Shown piece after piece: positions 46,435-56,744 of a stretch of DNA of 64,000 bases (within the stretch, counting starts at the first letter, position 1; every line of letters starts with the position of its first letter). Under the pieces are notes generated by a model. That model did not search any database and had not been told where the DNA came from. It was given only the letters and a program-made list of their open reading frames with translations. The translations under genes and the position numbers were made by a program. The stretch comes from Candidatus Poseidoniales archaeon (lineage in GTDB: Archaea > Thermoplasmatota > Poseidoniia > Poseidoniales > Poseidoniaceae), in the NCBI GenBank assembly GCA_038144595.1, contig JAYQOB010000008.1, positions 151,871-215,870 of the forward strand, in the 5' to 3' direction.

Positions 46435-47670
46435 AACGAGGTTTGGTGGTGGTAGTTGGAATTGAACACCGTGCGCATCTCTTCCTCGGCGGTGCCCATG
46501 ATTTCACGGACGTCCACGTTGGCCGGGATGCAGGAATTGATTTCCTTGGAACGACCATAGCGGCCCTTGCTGACCGTGCGTGCGGTGACCAGACCCAGCA
46601 TGTCAAGGTTGGAGATCAAACCGGAAATTCGACGTTGGGTCAGTGGGTTTTGCCGGATGTGCTTGCAGGCTTGGCGGTAAATGTCGTACACTTGGCCGGT
46701 TTGGACGTTGCGCAACCCGTTCTGTTCGTTGAGAAGAATCGCGGCAAGCACCAGTTTTTGTTGGCTGGGGAGGGTGGCGATCACGGGCGTCATCTGGTCG
46801 GATTCAATCTGACTTTGGGCGATGCGGACGTGGTTTTGGTTTACGATGGATTCGCCGGACTGTTCGGCCTTCTCTGCTGAAATTCGCAGCAAGTCCAAGG
46901 CACAACGAGCATCGCCATGTTCCTGTGCAGCCAGCGCCGCACACAACTCGATGACACCGGGTCCAAGGGCCTCGGCGTCAAGTCCTTCTTGGGCGTTGGC
47001 GGAGAATGTCCTGAAGTTGTTCGGCGTCGTAGGGCCGGAACAGCACGTCCAACTGGCCGAGTCGAGAGCGGACACGAGGGTCAAGGAAATCCGTGAACTT
47101 GAGGTCGTTGGAAATGCCGATGACGCACGAGCGGGCGTGCTTGAGCGAGGCGTTCATGCTGGTCAAATTGTACAGCAGGTCGTCGCCAGCCTTGCGAACG
47201 AGGTGGTCAATTTCGTCGAGGACGATCACAAACACACCGCCACGGCGGTCCATTCTTCGAACAAGTTCGTTGAAGACACGGTCGGTTGGCCATCCAGTGA
47301 AGGGGATCTCATCTTGTTCAAAGTCCTCAAGCAGTGAATTTCCGATGTGGCTGAGCACCCGGTACTGCGTGTCGATTTGGCGACAATTCACCATGATGGA
47401 CTCCACCTGTCGACCCATGGTCTGACCCTTGGCTCGAAGGTGGTGGCAGACGTAATCCGTGACCGCTGTCTTTCCGGCACCTGTCACACCGTAGAGTGTC
47501 ATGTTACTGGGGATGTGGCCCTTCAGGGCTTCCCAGAGGTTGTAGGAAATTTTCTCGATCTCTTCCTGTCGGTGAGGAAGTTGAGAGGGGCGGTAATTGT
47601 GACGAAGATGTTCCTTGTTTTTGAAGAGGGTTTTCTGGGAAACAAACTTGTCGAAGATGTTGGTTTCCAT
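46431..47670 (-). CDS. orc1: Orc1/Cdc6 replication initiator, frame-shifted (CCC run at ~46990)
   Basis: Walker A LYGVTGAGKTAV, Walker B VIVLDEIDHL, sensor regions and the C-terminal winged helix (HGDARCALDLLRISAE). N- and C-terminal parts lie in ORFs 46978..47670 and 46431..47084. Confidence 0.8.
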
Positions 47671-47880
47671 TGAATTTCACCTCCCTATTTATACCAAGGA
47701 CGAGGGAGTCAATTGCCGACTCACCGCCATGAGTTGGCTGAGTCCGAGTCCCCCTTATATGCCTGTCCACGAGGAGGGATGGGAGGCCCTGATTTAGTGA
47801 AGCGTGGACTCCTCAATTGAGGATATAAAGTAAGGGGAGAACGAACGAAAATGAACACTTTCCGAGCCACAAATTTGAGT

Positions 47881-48684
47881 TCAGGAATTCACCACCCATC
47901 GTCCGCCGGACCATTCGATGTTCATCCCGTCACTCAGGTGGATGACATGGTCGGCAAACACGGGAAATTCCGATTCGAGAACGGTGGGAAACGAGGACGC
48001 TTCGTCAATGTAGGTGTGGGTGATGCCCAGCGGTGTCGAACACCGCTCCGAGAGGGCGCGAACATCCATCGGTTTGTGATGATGGGTTGAAGGAACCCAA
48101 TCGGGAAAACCCATCTCCAGGATGGCAAAGTTCGAGCGCTCGATGGCGTCGTAAAGCGTGTCGCACGGGCCGGAGTCACCGCTGTGGACGAAGGACGCAC
48201 CGCTCGGGTGCTCGAAGCGGTAGCCGTGGGGTTCCACGGCATCGTCATGATGCACCTCGAACCGTTCCCAGCGCCACCCGTCATCGAGTTCACCGACGTC
48301 GTCCATGACCCAGGTGACATGGTCGATCATGCTGTCAAGTGAACCGGGGAAGGCCAGCTGGCACAATTGGGTGAGCCGTTCCTTCACGAACGGGGTTCCT
48401 ACCACGGTCAGCGGCGCAACGCCCTCGCGGTCCGAGATGTACTTTCGCTCCAGAAGTAGAAACGGAAAGCCGAACACATGGTCCCCGTGCACGTGGGTGA
48501 CGAACACGGTTCGGAGGTCGGCGATGTTCATGCCGTGCCGTCGAAGCCCCGCCAGCGCCGTTGGAGGAGCGTCGATGACGTGCTGCTGGTCGAACATGGC
48601 GAACGAGTGATGCCGTCCGTGCGGGAGAAAGGCGTTCCCCGTGCCGAGCATGTCGATGCGGGGGGCCATGGCACTCGGAGTCAT
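47881..48684 (-). CDS. MBL-fold metallo-hydrolase
   Basis: VTHVHGDH (HxHxDH) motif. Start trimmed to MTPSAMAPRIDMLGTGNAF. Confidence 0.6.
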   Translation of the reverse strand: MTPSAMAPRIDMLGTGNAFLPHGRHHSFAMFDQQHVIDAPPTALAGLRRHGMNIADLRTVFVTHVHGDHVFGFPFLLLERKYISDREGVAPLTVVGTPFVKERLTQLCQLAFPGSLDSMIDHVTWVMDDVGELDDGWRWERFEVHHDDAVEPHGYRFEHPSGASFVHSGDSGPCDTLYDAIERSNFAILEMGFPDWVPSTHHHKPMDVRALSERCSTPLGITHTYIDEASSFPTVLESEFPVFADHVIHLSDGMNIEWSGGRWVVNS

Positions 48685-48800
48685 CGCGCCTTCTTCTTCC
48701 CATCGGTGGGCGAGGTTTGCCGTAGGGATGCGAGGGCATACCAAGGATGATATAGCCACCTTTGGTGCCAAAATCAACCCCCGTGGTTTGAGGTGACGCA

Positions 48801-50051
48801 ATGAGTGACTGGTCCGCAAAAAACCCCTACATGACACAGATTACGGAGAACTTCATCCTCAACGGCGAAGGCTCGAGGAAAGAGACCCGCCACATCGTGT
48901 TCGCGCTCGGCGATTCGGGCCTTGACTACAAGGTCGGCGACGCCCTCGGCGTGATCGCTGAAAACCCTCCTCACATCGTGGATGAACTGCTCGAAGTGCA
49001 GGGCTGGGGCCGAGAGGCGACGGTGACCACCCACAACGGGGAGCGCACCCTTTACGACGCGCTCAAGAAAGATTTCGAGGTCCACATGGCGAACAAGAAA
49101 TTCGTGAAGTCGCTTGCAGAAAAAGTGGTGTCCAGCGGAATGAAGATCAGCATGAGCATCGTGTCTCGCACCCGCAACGATGCGACATGGTCCGCCACCG
49201 ACGACCAGCAAACGCCTCCTGCGCTCCGCCCCTCCGTGCCATCGGACGACCCTGCTGCTCAGGTCGAGGCCATCACCGCCGACACCAAGGCCATCGAGGA
49301 CTACCTGTGGACCCGAGATTACGTGGACATCATGCGAGAATTCGACGTGAAGTACTCGCCTGAAGAATTCCTCGAACTGGCTGACCGCCTCAAGCCTCGC
49401 CTCTACTCCATCGCCTCGTCCCACGACGCCCACCCCGGCTTCGTCGAGCTGACCGTCGGCATCGTCCGTTTCGAATACAACGGTCGAGCCCGTGGTGGTC
49501 TGTGCACGCAGTTCATGGCCGATGAAATCGACACGTCCGGTGCGCCCATCGGCGTGTTCATGTCGCCCACCAAGTCGTTCATCCTCCCCGAGGACAAAGA
49601 CACAGACATCATCATGGTCGGGCCGGGCACGGGCATCGCACCGTTCCGTGCCTTCATGGAACAGCGTGTCTTTGACGGTGGTTCGGGCAAGAATTGGTTG
49701 TTCTTTGGCGACCAGTCCGCCAAGACCGAATTCTACTACAAGGACGAGATTGAGTCGTGGATTGACGAGGGTCATCTTTGGCGATTCACCACGGCTTGGT
49801 CTCGCGACCAGGCTGAGAAAATCTACGTTCAGCACCGCCTCAAGGAGCACGGTGCTGAAGTGTGGGAATGGTTTGAGCGAGGTGCCTATTTCTACATCTG
49901 CGGCGACAAGCAGTACATGGCCAAGGACGTCCACCGAGCCCTCATCGACATCGCCATTGAGCACGGTGGTATGTCCGAGGACGATGCCACGCACTTCATC
50001 GAGAAAACGATGATGCGCGAGCAAAAGCGCTACCTGCGCGACGTCTACTGA
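48801..50051 (+). CDS. FAD/NAD(P)-binding oxidoreductase of the sulfite-reductase-flavoprotein (CysJ)/cytochrome-P450-reductase family, lacking the FMN (flavodoxin) domain
   Basis: RLYSIASS (FAD-binding) and GPGTGIAPFRAF (NADPH-binding) motifs. Confidence 0.65.
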   Translation: MSDWSAKNPYMTQITENFILNGEGSRKETRHIVFALGDSGLDYKVGDALGVIAENPPHIVDELLEVQGWGREATVTTHNGERTLYDALKKDFEVHMANKKFVKSLAEKVVSSGMKISMSIVSRTRNDATWSATDDQQTPPALRPSVPSDDPAAQVEAITADTKAIEDYLWTRDYVDIMREFDVKYSPEEFLELADRLKPRLYSIASSHDAHPGFVELTVGIVRFEYNGRARGGLCTQFMADEIDTSGAPIGVFMSPTKSFILPEDKDTDIIMVGPGTGIAPFRAFMEQRVFDGGSGKNWLFFGDQSAKTEFYYKDEIESWIDEGHLWRFTTAWSRDQAEKIYVQHRLKEHGAEVWEWFERGAYFYICGDKQYMAKDVHRALIDIAIEHGGMSEDDATHFIEKTMMREQKRYLRDVY

Positions 50052-50133
50052 CCAACGGCGCCCGTCCGTTGGGCCGTCGTTCTCGTGGACAGGTGCACCA
50101 AGGCCTCAAAACCCAAAGGTCGCTGTCGCCGAC

Positions 50134-51141
50134 ATGGAGGAAGAGAGCATCGGCTTCAAAGCCCGATTGGTTTCGATGCTTCTGCGCCTCCTGACCTTGG
50201 GGCTCATCGCTGTTGCCCTGATGATTTCCACCGAAGGCATCGTGATCGTGGTGCTGCTGTTTGTCCTCGTCGTACCGTTTGAGAAACTGTTCCCGCGTCA
50301 TCGAGGCCAAAAGGTCAGACGACCTCACTTGGATACGGACGTGGGCTATGCGCTCGCCTCACCGTTGATGGGTCTGCTCACGGGCTTCGTGGCCATCGCC
50401 ATCGGCCTGCTCAGCCTGGCTTGGATTCCCGGACTTCTGGTCGCACCGTACGTTGCCAAGATACCGGCGGCCTATTTGCCGGTGGTTGGGTTTCTGCTGT
50501 TCGACGCCTTGGTGTACTGGACGCATCGCTTCTACCACGAGATTCCGGTGTTGTGGAAGTTCCACGCCATTCACCACTCCACCGAGCACTTGGATTGGGC
50601 CAGTGGGTTCCGCGCTCATCCACTCGACGGGACCATCTTGGCTCCTGCGTTCGTGTTTCTTGTCACTGCAGGCTTTTCCTTCGAATTGACCGGAGCCCTT
50701 GCCGCAGCTCAACTCATTCTCGGATTGTTCCTCCACGCCAACGTGAGGTGGCGACTCAAGTGGCTGCAGCGCCTCATCATCACGCCTGAATTTCATCACT
50801 GGCACCACACCAACGAGCGGGATGCGATTTGGACGAACTACTCCACGTTCCTGCCGCTTTGGGACCAACTGTTCGGGACCTACTTCATGCCGAAGGACCG
50901 ACGTCCACAGTCCTACGGAGTGAACGAACCCATCCCTGACGGCATCCTACGTCAATTGCGCCATCCGTTCAAGGGATGGAGAAACCCGTTGTGGTACCTC
51001 ATCCATCCCTTCCAGTCCCTGCGACGTTCGTTGAGGTTCACGAGAGCCATCCTTCGCTCCATGCGCAAGTCGATGTTTCGCAAGCGGGGCACGAAGCCAT
51101 GGGACATTTATCCGCCTGAGGAGGTCGCAAGAACGCAATGA
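50134..51141 (+). CDS. fatty acid hydroxylase / sterol desaturase superfamily membrane di-iron enzyme
   Basis: Histidine boxes HRFYH, HAIHHSTEH and HHWHH within a 4-TM scaffold. Confidence 0.65.
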   Translation: MEEESIGFKARLVSMLLRLLTLGLIAVALMISTEGIVIVVLLFVLVVPFEKLFPRHRGQKVRRPHLDTDVGYALASPLMGLLTGFVAIAIGLLSLAWIPGLLVAPYVAKIPAAYLPVVGFLLFDALVYWTHRFYHEIPVLWKFHAIHHSTEHLDWASGFRAHPLDGTILAPAFVFLVTAGFSFELTGALAAAQLILGLFLHANVRWRLKWLQRLIITPEFHHWHHTNERDAIWTNYSTFLPLWDQLFGTYFMPKDRRPQSYGVNEPIPDGILRQLRHPFKGWRNPLWYLIHPFQSLRRSLRFTRAILRSMRKSMFRKRGTKPWDIYPPEEVARTQ

Positions 51142-51229
51142 TTGATGTTGCTTCTGGCCCAAGTTCAAGGTGGGTGTTCCTCATGTTGCGACCGCTTTGC
51201 TCATAGATTGAGTCGGCCGACGGGGCGCC

Positions 51230-52570
51230 ATGGGCTTCAAGCGCGTGCTGATTGCCAACCGCGGCGAAATCGCTCTCCGTATCCTTCGCACCCTCCGAGA
51301 CATGGGCATTGAGGCAGCCATCATACACGGCCGAGAAGACCGTTTGTCCCTTCCCGTCCAAATGGCGGACATCGCCTACCCCAACTACCGAGCCAACCCG
51401 CTCGATTCCTACTTGGACATCGAAGCCGTCGTGCAAGCCGCCAAGGAACTCGAATGCGATGCTGTTCACCCCGGCTACGGCTTTTTGGCCGAGAACGCCG
51501 CTTTCGTCGCTCGCCTCGAGGAAGAGGGCATCACCTTCATCGGCCCAGCCTCGGGCGTGATCACGCTGCTCGGCGACAAAATTGAGGCCCGCGCAGCGAT
51601 GGAAGCGGCGGGATTGCCCACGGCCAAAGGCTCGTCCGAACCCATCGCCAGCGCCGAGGTCGCCAGTGCGCTTGCGGATGAAATCGGCTACCCTGTCATC
51701 ATCAAGGCGGCCGCCGGGGGCGGTGGCATCGGCATGCAGATCGTGCAGCAGGCCGACGAGTTCGAGAGTGCGCTCAAACTCTGTCAGTCGCGTGCAAAGT
51801 CGGCCTTTGGCGACGAGCGCGTCTTCGTTGAGAAGTACATTCTGGGCGCGCAGCACGTCGAATTTCAGGTCTTGGCCGACGGCAAGAAGGCCATTCATTT
51901 CGGTGAGCGCTTCTGTTCCATTCAACGCCGTCACCAGAAGTTGGTCGAAGAAGGACCGTGGCTGACCGATGAGAAGCGAACGGAAATCGGTGCTTTGGTC
52001 TGCAAGGGTGCAGAAGCTGTGGGCTACAAGGGCCTGGCCACCTTTGAGTTCCTTCGGGACGCCAATGGCGATTTCTACTTCCTCGAGGTCAATCCTCGTG
52101 TTCAGGTCGAGCACACGGTCACCGAACTCATCACCGGACACAACCTCGTCGAACTCGGCATCCGAGTCGCCCAAGGTGAGGCCTTGCCGATGGAGCAAGA
52201 GGACATCACTTGGCGAGGCCATGCCATTCAATGCCGATTGAACGCCGAGGACCCGCGTGAGTTTGTGCCCAGTCCTGGCCGCCTGTGGGAGTGCCACTTC
52301 CCCAGCGGATTTGGGATTCGCTGCGATACGCACGCCCATGCCGGCTACGAGATGCCGGGCTGTTTTGATTCCCTGCTGGCCAAGCTGTTGGTGTGGGGCA
52401 GGGACCGTGAAGACGCCGTACGTCGCATGAAAACCGCGCTGGATGAAACGATGATCACGGGCGTTGAACACCTCATTCCGCTGCACCGCCGCATCATGGA
52501 CGAGGAAGATTTCAACAACGGTGACATCACGATTCAGTACATTGACATGCACCAAGAGTTGCTGGGGTGA
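51230..52570 (+). CDS. accC: biotin carboxylase (acetyl-/propionyl-CoA or pyruvate carboxylase subunit A)
   Basis: Complete ATP-grasp biotin carboxylase: RVLIANRGEIALRILRT... EVNPRVQVEHTVTE. Confidence 0.8.
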   Translation: MGFKRVLIANRGEIALRILRTLRDMGIEAAIIHGREDRLSLPVQMADIAYPNYRANPLDSYLDIEAVVQAAKELECDAVHPGYGFLAENAAFVARLEEEGITFIGPASGVITLLGDKIEARAAMEAAGLPTAKGSSEPIASAEVASALADEIGYPVIIKAAAGGGGIGMQIVQQADEFESALKLCQSRAKSAFGDERVFVEKYILGAQHVEFQVLADGKKAIHFGERFCSIQRRHQKLVEEGPWLTDEKRTEIGALVCKGAEAVGYKGLATFEFLRDANGDFYFLEVNPRVQVEHTVTELITGHNLVELGIRVAQGEALPMEQEDITWRGHAIQCRLNAEDPREFVPSPGRLWECHFPSGFGIRCDTHAHAGYEMPGCFDSLLAKLLVWGRDREDAVRRMKTALDETMITGVEHLIPLHRRIMDEEDFNNGDITIQYIDMHQELLG

Positions 52571-52576
52571 GCGAAC

Positions 52577-53501
52577 ATGAGCGTCCTGATCGTTGGTAGC
52601 ATCGCATACGATTCGGTGGAATCGCCCGCTGGTTCCGTCGACAAGGCACTCGGAGGTTCGGCCACCTACGGGGGCCTCTCTTGCCGATTCGTTCAGTCCC
52701 TCCACGGTTCAAGCACCACCGGTTTGGTCGGTGTCGTGGGCGAAGATTTCGCACCCGAAGACCGAGCGTTGCTCGCTTCGGCCGGGTTAAACCTCGAAGG
52801 ATTGGAAGTCGCACCCGGTGAGACCTTTCGTTGGGAAGGCGCCTACCAGGGCTCGATGGCCGAGGCAGAAACTCGCGCCACCTACCTCAACGTGTTCGAA
52901 CATTTCCAGCCGGCCGTCCCCGACGGGCTTCATTCACCGGCGGTCTTGTTCTGTGCCAACTTGCACCCGGAGATTCAGCGGAGCGTGATCAACCAAACCG
53001 AGGCCAAGCGCTTGACCATGCTTGATTCCATGAACCTGTGGATCACCATTGCCAAGCCTTCGCTGCTCGAGGTCATGGGTGCGGTTGACCTTGTCATCAT
53101 CAACGACGGCGAAGGCTCGCATGCTGACGGGCGACGACAACCTCATTCGAGCCATGCATGCCTTGGCTGAGCAAACGAACACGCCGACCCTGATCGTCAA
53201 GCGTGGTGAGCACGGCGTGGTCGCCCTCCACAACGGTGCACTGCTGGCCTTGCCCGCCGTCCCTACGGCGGACGTGGTTGACCCCACGGGATGCGGCGAT
53301 ACCTTCGCTGGCGCGTTGGCAGCCCACCTCTCAGGAGGCGAGGGCGCCGTCAGCCTCGACGAACTTCGTGAAGGGTTGATGGGCGCCACGGTGATGGCCA
53401 GTTTCACCCTCGAAGCGTTTGGGACAGAGGCCCTCACCAACGTCAGTGAGAGCGATTATCTGCAGCGGCTCGCCGAATACAAGGCCATGCTTGGCCACTG
53501 A
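52577..53501 (+). CDS. PfkB-family carbohydrate kinase, frame-shifted at ~53110-53116 (extra G in aagg)
   Basis: N-terminal part is in ORF 52577..53170. The C-terminal part with DPTGCGDTFAGA (PfkB signature 2) is in ORF 53049..53501. Junction VIINDGE / ARMLTGDDNL. Confidence 0.7.
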
Positions 53502-55019
53502 TCACTCGTCGTCCAAGCGAGGGACGTGAACGGTTTCGTCTTCCGCCGTACTGGGACGAAGGTCGCTGAAGGACATCGACGCCAAGCGCCCCTCCTCGGA
53601 CTGGCTGAGTTCATTGGCGGTGGCGAGAAGTTGCGTCCCGATTTCGCTGAGGCGTGCGGCTTCTTCAGGTGCCATCACGCCACCCTCCTCAGATGAAAGG
53701 GAATTCATGACGTGTTGGGTGCGGTTTGGCGGTGTGGAGGCCTCGGTCTGCTCTCGAAGCGCACCCGAGGTCTCCGTGGTCGCATACGGGCTTGGCCGGA
53801 CGAAGGTTGAAGCCCGCTCAAGCACGCTGCTCGAGGTGTCTCGGATTCGGGAAAACACGGTTCCTCCCCGCCGCGCTTTGGGCCGCAAGGTTTCGGTTCG
53901 ACGTGGGCGGAATGGCGACTCTTCGATGGTGGTGGGCGTTTTTGGCCTCAGCAGCGTTGGTGTTTGTTCCACGGGAGACGGCACAGCTTGTGGTGCGCCC
54001 TGGATGTCCTCCCGTTCTTCTTCCACGTCGTCCAAGAGGCCGTCCAGCATGTCTGCATCCAGCACGAGGTCGTCCTCGGTCGGCTCAGGCTCTTCAGGTG
54101 GCTGCTGACCGGGGATGTGGGCGCCGTACTGATTGAGAAACGACGGGAAGAAGGAACCGGATCCATGTTGCTGAATTCCCTGGTACATGGGCGGCGTGGG
54201 ATGGGGGATCAGCACCGGATTGTTCACGGGTGCAGGTCGGTGGTCAGGGGGGTAGGCCGTGGTTTGCACGGCACCGTGAACAGGCTGAAAACTGGAAATG
54301 TAGCCGACAACAGGCTGAGGAGGGGCTGGCTCTGGTTCGAGCGTTGGCATCCATTCGGGCTCAATCTCTCGTTGTTGTTCGAGGGGTTCGATGCCTTCGT
54401 CAGCGGCGAGGAAGCGCTCGAGGGCTTGCGGTGCTTGGAGCGGATTGGGCAACAGTGGGGCGGGTGGGACCTGTGCCTCTCGCCATGAAGTTCCACCCTC
54501 CGCCTCGATGGCTTTCAGTTTGGCTCGTACCTCGGCCATTGAATTGTTGTTGGCGAGGTGATGGAACATGAAACTGAGACGGTTGAGGTCCCGTTCGTTG
54601 CCGAACAGAACATGGGAGTCTCCCGAGGAGGTGTGAATGCTTAGCGTGGGTTTTCGCGTTAAAAACCGGCCGACGATGAGCGCGCTTCCTGCACCGATGA
54701 ACCCCAGCCTGTAGGTGGGCGGCACCACCAGCCGATAGCCAATCCAGACCAAGGCCAGGCCGAGCACCACCAACCACGGAGGGACGAGGTTCGTGGAGTG
54801 GTGGCGCATGGTGGTGATGGCCTGAAGTCGCATGTCCACGGTGGCTTTCCGCTTGCCTTCGATGCTCAGCATGCGCTCATCCAAGGTGATTTTCACCCGT
54901 TCTGAAGGCTCTGCCAACCGGAGGGACAGGAAGATTTCCTGTTCCATCTCGCTGGTTGGTACAGTCCCCTGCCCAATCTCGCGCATCCCAAATCCGAGCC
55001 GGTCGTTTGGGGTTATCAA
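53502..55019 (-). CDS. hypothetical membrane protein with an N-terminal PH-like domain and a long Pro/Glu-rich disordered C-terminus
   Basis: Two TM helices after ~90 aa. Low-complexity PEPEPAPPQP-type region. Confidence 0.4.
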   Translation of the reverse strand: MITPNDRLGFGMREIGQGTVPTSEMEQEIFLSLRLAEPSERVKITLDERMLSIEGKRKATVDMRLQAITTMRHHSTNLVPPWLVVLGLALVWIGYRLVVPPTYRLGFIGAGSALIVGRFLTRKPTLSIHTSSGDSHVLFGNERDLNRLSFMFHHLANNNSMAEVRAKLKAIEAEGGTSWREAQVPPAPLLPNPLQAPQALERFLAADEGIEPLEQQREIEPEWMPTLEPEPAPPQPVVGYISSFQPVHGAVQTTAYPPDHRPAPVNNPVLIPHPTPPMYQGIQQHGSGSFFPSFLNQYGAHIPGQQPPEEPEPTEDDLVLDADMLDGLLDDVEEEREDIQGAPQAVPSPVEQTPTLLRPKTPTTIEESPFRPRRTETLRPKARRGGTVFSRIRDTSSSVLERASTFVRPSPYATTETSGALREQTEASTPPNRTQHVMNSLSSEEGGVMAPEEAARLSEIGTQLLATANELSQSEEGRLASMSFSDLRPSTAEDETVHVPRLDDE

Positions 55020-55076
55020 ACCACCGATGATGGTCCGGCATGACCGCAGGAATAAGCGGCGTGGGCTCGAACGCCG

Positions 55077-56102
55077 TCAGGCGTCGTCTCGCACCAGAAC
55101 GGCTGAACCCATGATGCGGGGTTTTGAGTCGAGTTGGGCGATGAGGACCGAGGGCGGGTTGTCCTTTCGGATGAACAAGGGTTGGTCCCATTCGACCACC
55201 AGCGATTCACCGGATGCATCGGCCACACGACCCACGACAAACTGCAGGTCCACGCTGGCGTGAATCACGTCGCCTTTGGCGAGCACTCGCTTTTGGAACG
55301 GCGAAATCGTCAGCTGGACGGTCGACCGTTGATGCTGTTCAACGGCCAGTGGCACGGAGATGTTGGCTCGCTTGTCCTCCACCGGTGGATGAACGATGAT
55401 GGTGCCTCCCGTCAGGTGTTCTTCCTTGGCGTTGCGAAGCGCCAGACCGACTCGGTCGCCTGCGCTGGCCACATCGACATCGTCGTCCATGACCTGGAGC
55501 GATTTGGCGTTCCCTGTACCGTTGGCCGGCAGGAGCAACACCTCGTCGTGGACGTTGACCTTGCCGGATTGAACGTAGCCGATGGCTACCAAACCGATGC
55601 CTTTGACGTTGAAATGCTGGTCAACGGGGAGCACGAGGGGGGCGTTGGCGTTGGCTTCCAACACCCCTTGGATTTCGTCCATCAGGGCGTACATGCGCTC
55701 GCGAAGGTGGACGCCGTCGTTGCGCTCGAAGGTCCACGATTCGAGCCCGACCTGTTTGAACAGCATCTTGACTTGGTCCTCGTTGACCCAACCGCCTTCA
55801 GGTGGATTCACCACGGCCAAGCCTCGCTTGATGCCAGCGCTGGCAAACGCGACCAAGACTTCACCCAGCGAAGCGTCCACGGCGGTCACCTCGATGATCC
55901 CGGCGTGAGAGGTCGACAGGGCGTTGAGGAATGGAGGGAGCCGCTCGGGGTATTTGGCGGGACGAATGAGCGAGAGAATGCGTGCGCCGTCCGGGCCGCT
56001 CTCTTTGTTCACGTAGGTGTGAACGTCCCGTTGGTCGGCCGCTTTGGCGATGCTTCGAGCCAGTTCATCGGATGCGATTACAGCGACGTTGAGCACGACC
56101 AT
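55077..56102 (-). CDS. elongation-factor-Tu/EF1A domain-2/3-like protein without recognisable GTPase motifs
   Basis: DQHFNVKGIGLVAIGYVQSGKVNVHDEVLLLP resembles the EF-Tu domain II beta-barrel. No GxxxxGK[ST]. Start trimmed to MVVLNVAV. Confidence 0.4.
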   Translation of the reverse strand: MVVLNVAVIASDELARSIAKAADQRDVHTYVNKESGPDGARILSLIRPAKYPERLPPFLNALSTSHAGIIEVTAVDASLGEVLVAFASAGIKRGLAVVNPPEGGWVNEDQVKMLFKQVGLESWTFERNDGVHLRERMYALMDEIQGVLEANANAPLVLPVDQHFNVKGIGLVAIGYVQSGKVNVHDEVLLLPANGTGNAKSLQVMDDDVDVASAGDRVGLALRNAKEEHLTGGTIIVHPPVEDKRANISVPLAVEQHQRSTVQLTISPFQKRVLAKGDVIHASVDLQFVVGRVADASGESLVVEWDQPLFIRKDNPPSVLIAQLDSKPRIMGSAVLVRDDA

Positions 56103-56142
56103 GAGGTGCCGAGATGGCAGCGATTGAAGAACCAATGGGTGG

Positions 56143-56646
56143 TCAGGCTTCTCGCTTGGCTTTCTGTGCCAGCATGTTGTCCCGAATGGCCTTGGCCTTG
56201 GCCCACTCGGCTTGCTCCTCCTCGGATTCGGGGGTGAATTGAGGTACGGGGATGGGTCGCATCATGGAATCAATGGCGACGAAAAAGAAGTAGCCTTCGC
56301 AGATGATGCTTTTCTCCCACGTTGCTTTGCTCATCGTGTAGGCCGTCACTTTGGTGCACGCCGTGTGGCTGCTGGTGTAGACCACTTGCCCGGACACCTC
56401 GAGAAGATCGCCCTGCCGTGCCGGAGCGATGAAGGTCAGCGTGTCGATGGAGATGGTGACGAATTCCCGATGCGCAAACTTCGCACAGGCGATACCGCCC
56501 GCTTTGTCCATCAGCGAAAGAAGTCGACCGCCGAAGAGGGTATTGTAGGCGTTCGTGTCCTGCGGAAACACTTCTTCGATGAGGGTCACCGGTTCGGTTG
56601 AGTAGGGTTCCATGGTCCTTCCAAGGTGTTCACCCTCATAACTCAT
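56143..56646 (-). CDS. acyl-CoA thioesterase (hotdog fold)
   Basis: NTLFGGRLLSLMDKAGGIACAKFA... resembles YciA-type acyl-CoA hydrolases. Confidence 0.65.
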   Translation of the reverse strand: MSYEGEHLGRTMEPYSTEPVTLIEEVFPQDTNAYNTLFGGRLLSLMDKAGGIACAKFAHREFVTISIDTLTFIAPARQGDLLEVSGQVVYTSSHTACTKVTAYTMSKATWEKSIICEGYFFFVAIDSMMRPIPVPQFTPESEEEQAEWAKAKAIRDNMLAQKAKREA

Positions 56647-56744
56647 CTTGACGAGGTGAGGGAGATATGCAGAAAACGGGGAGGATGTCTTGAAAGCGAC
56701 GAGATTTTAGGGGGACAAACCTTCGCGGAGGTGCAGGTGACACC

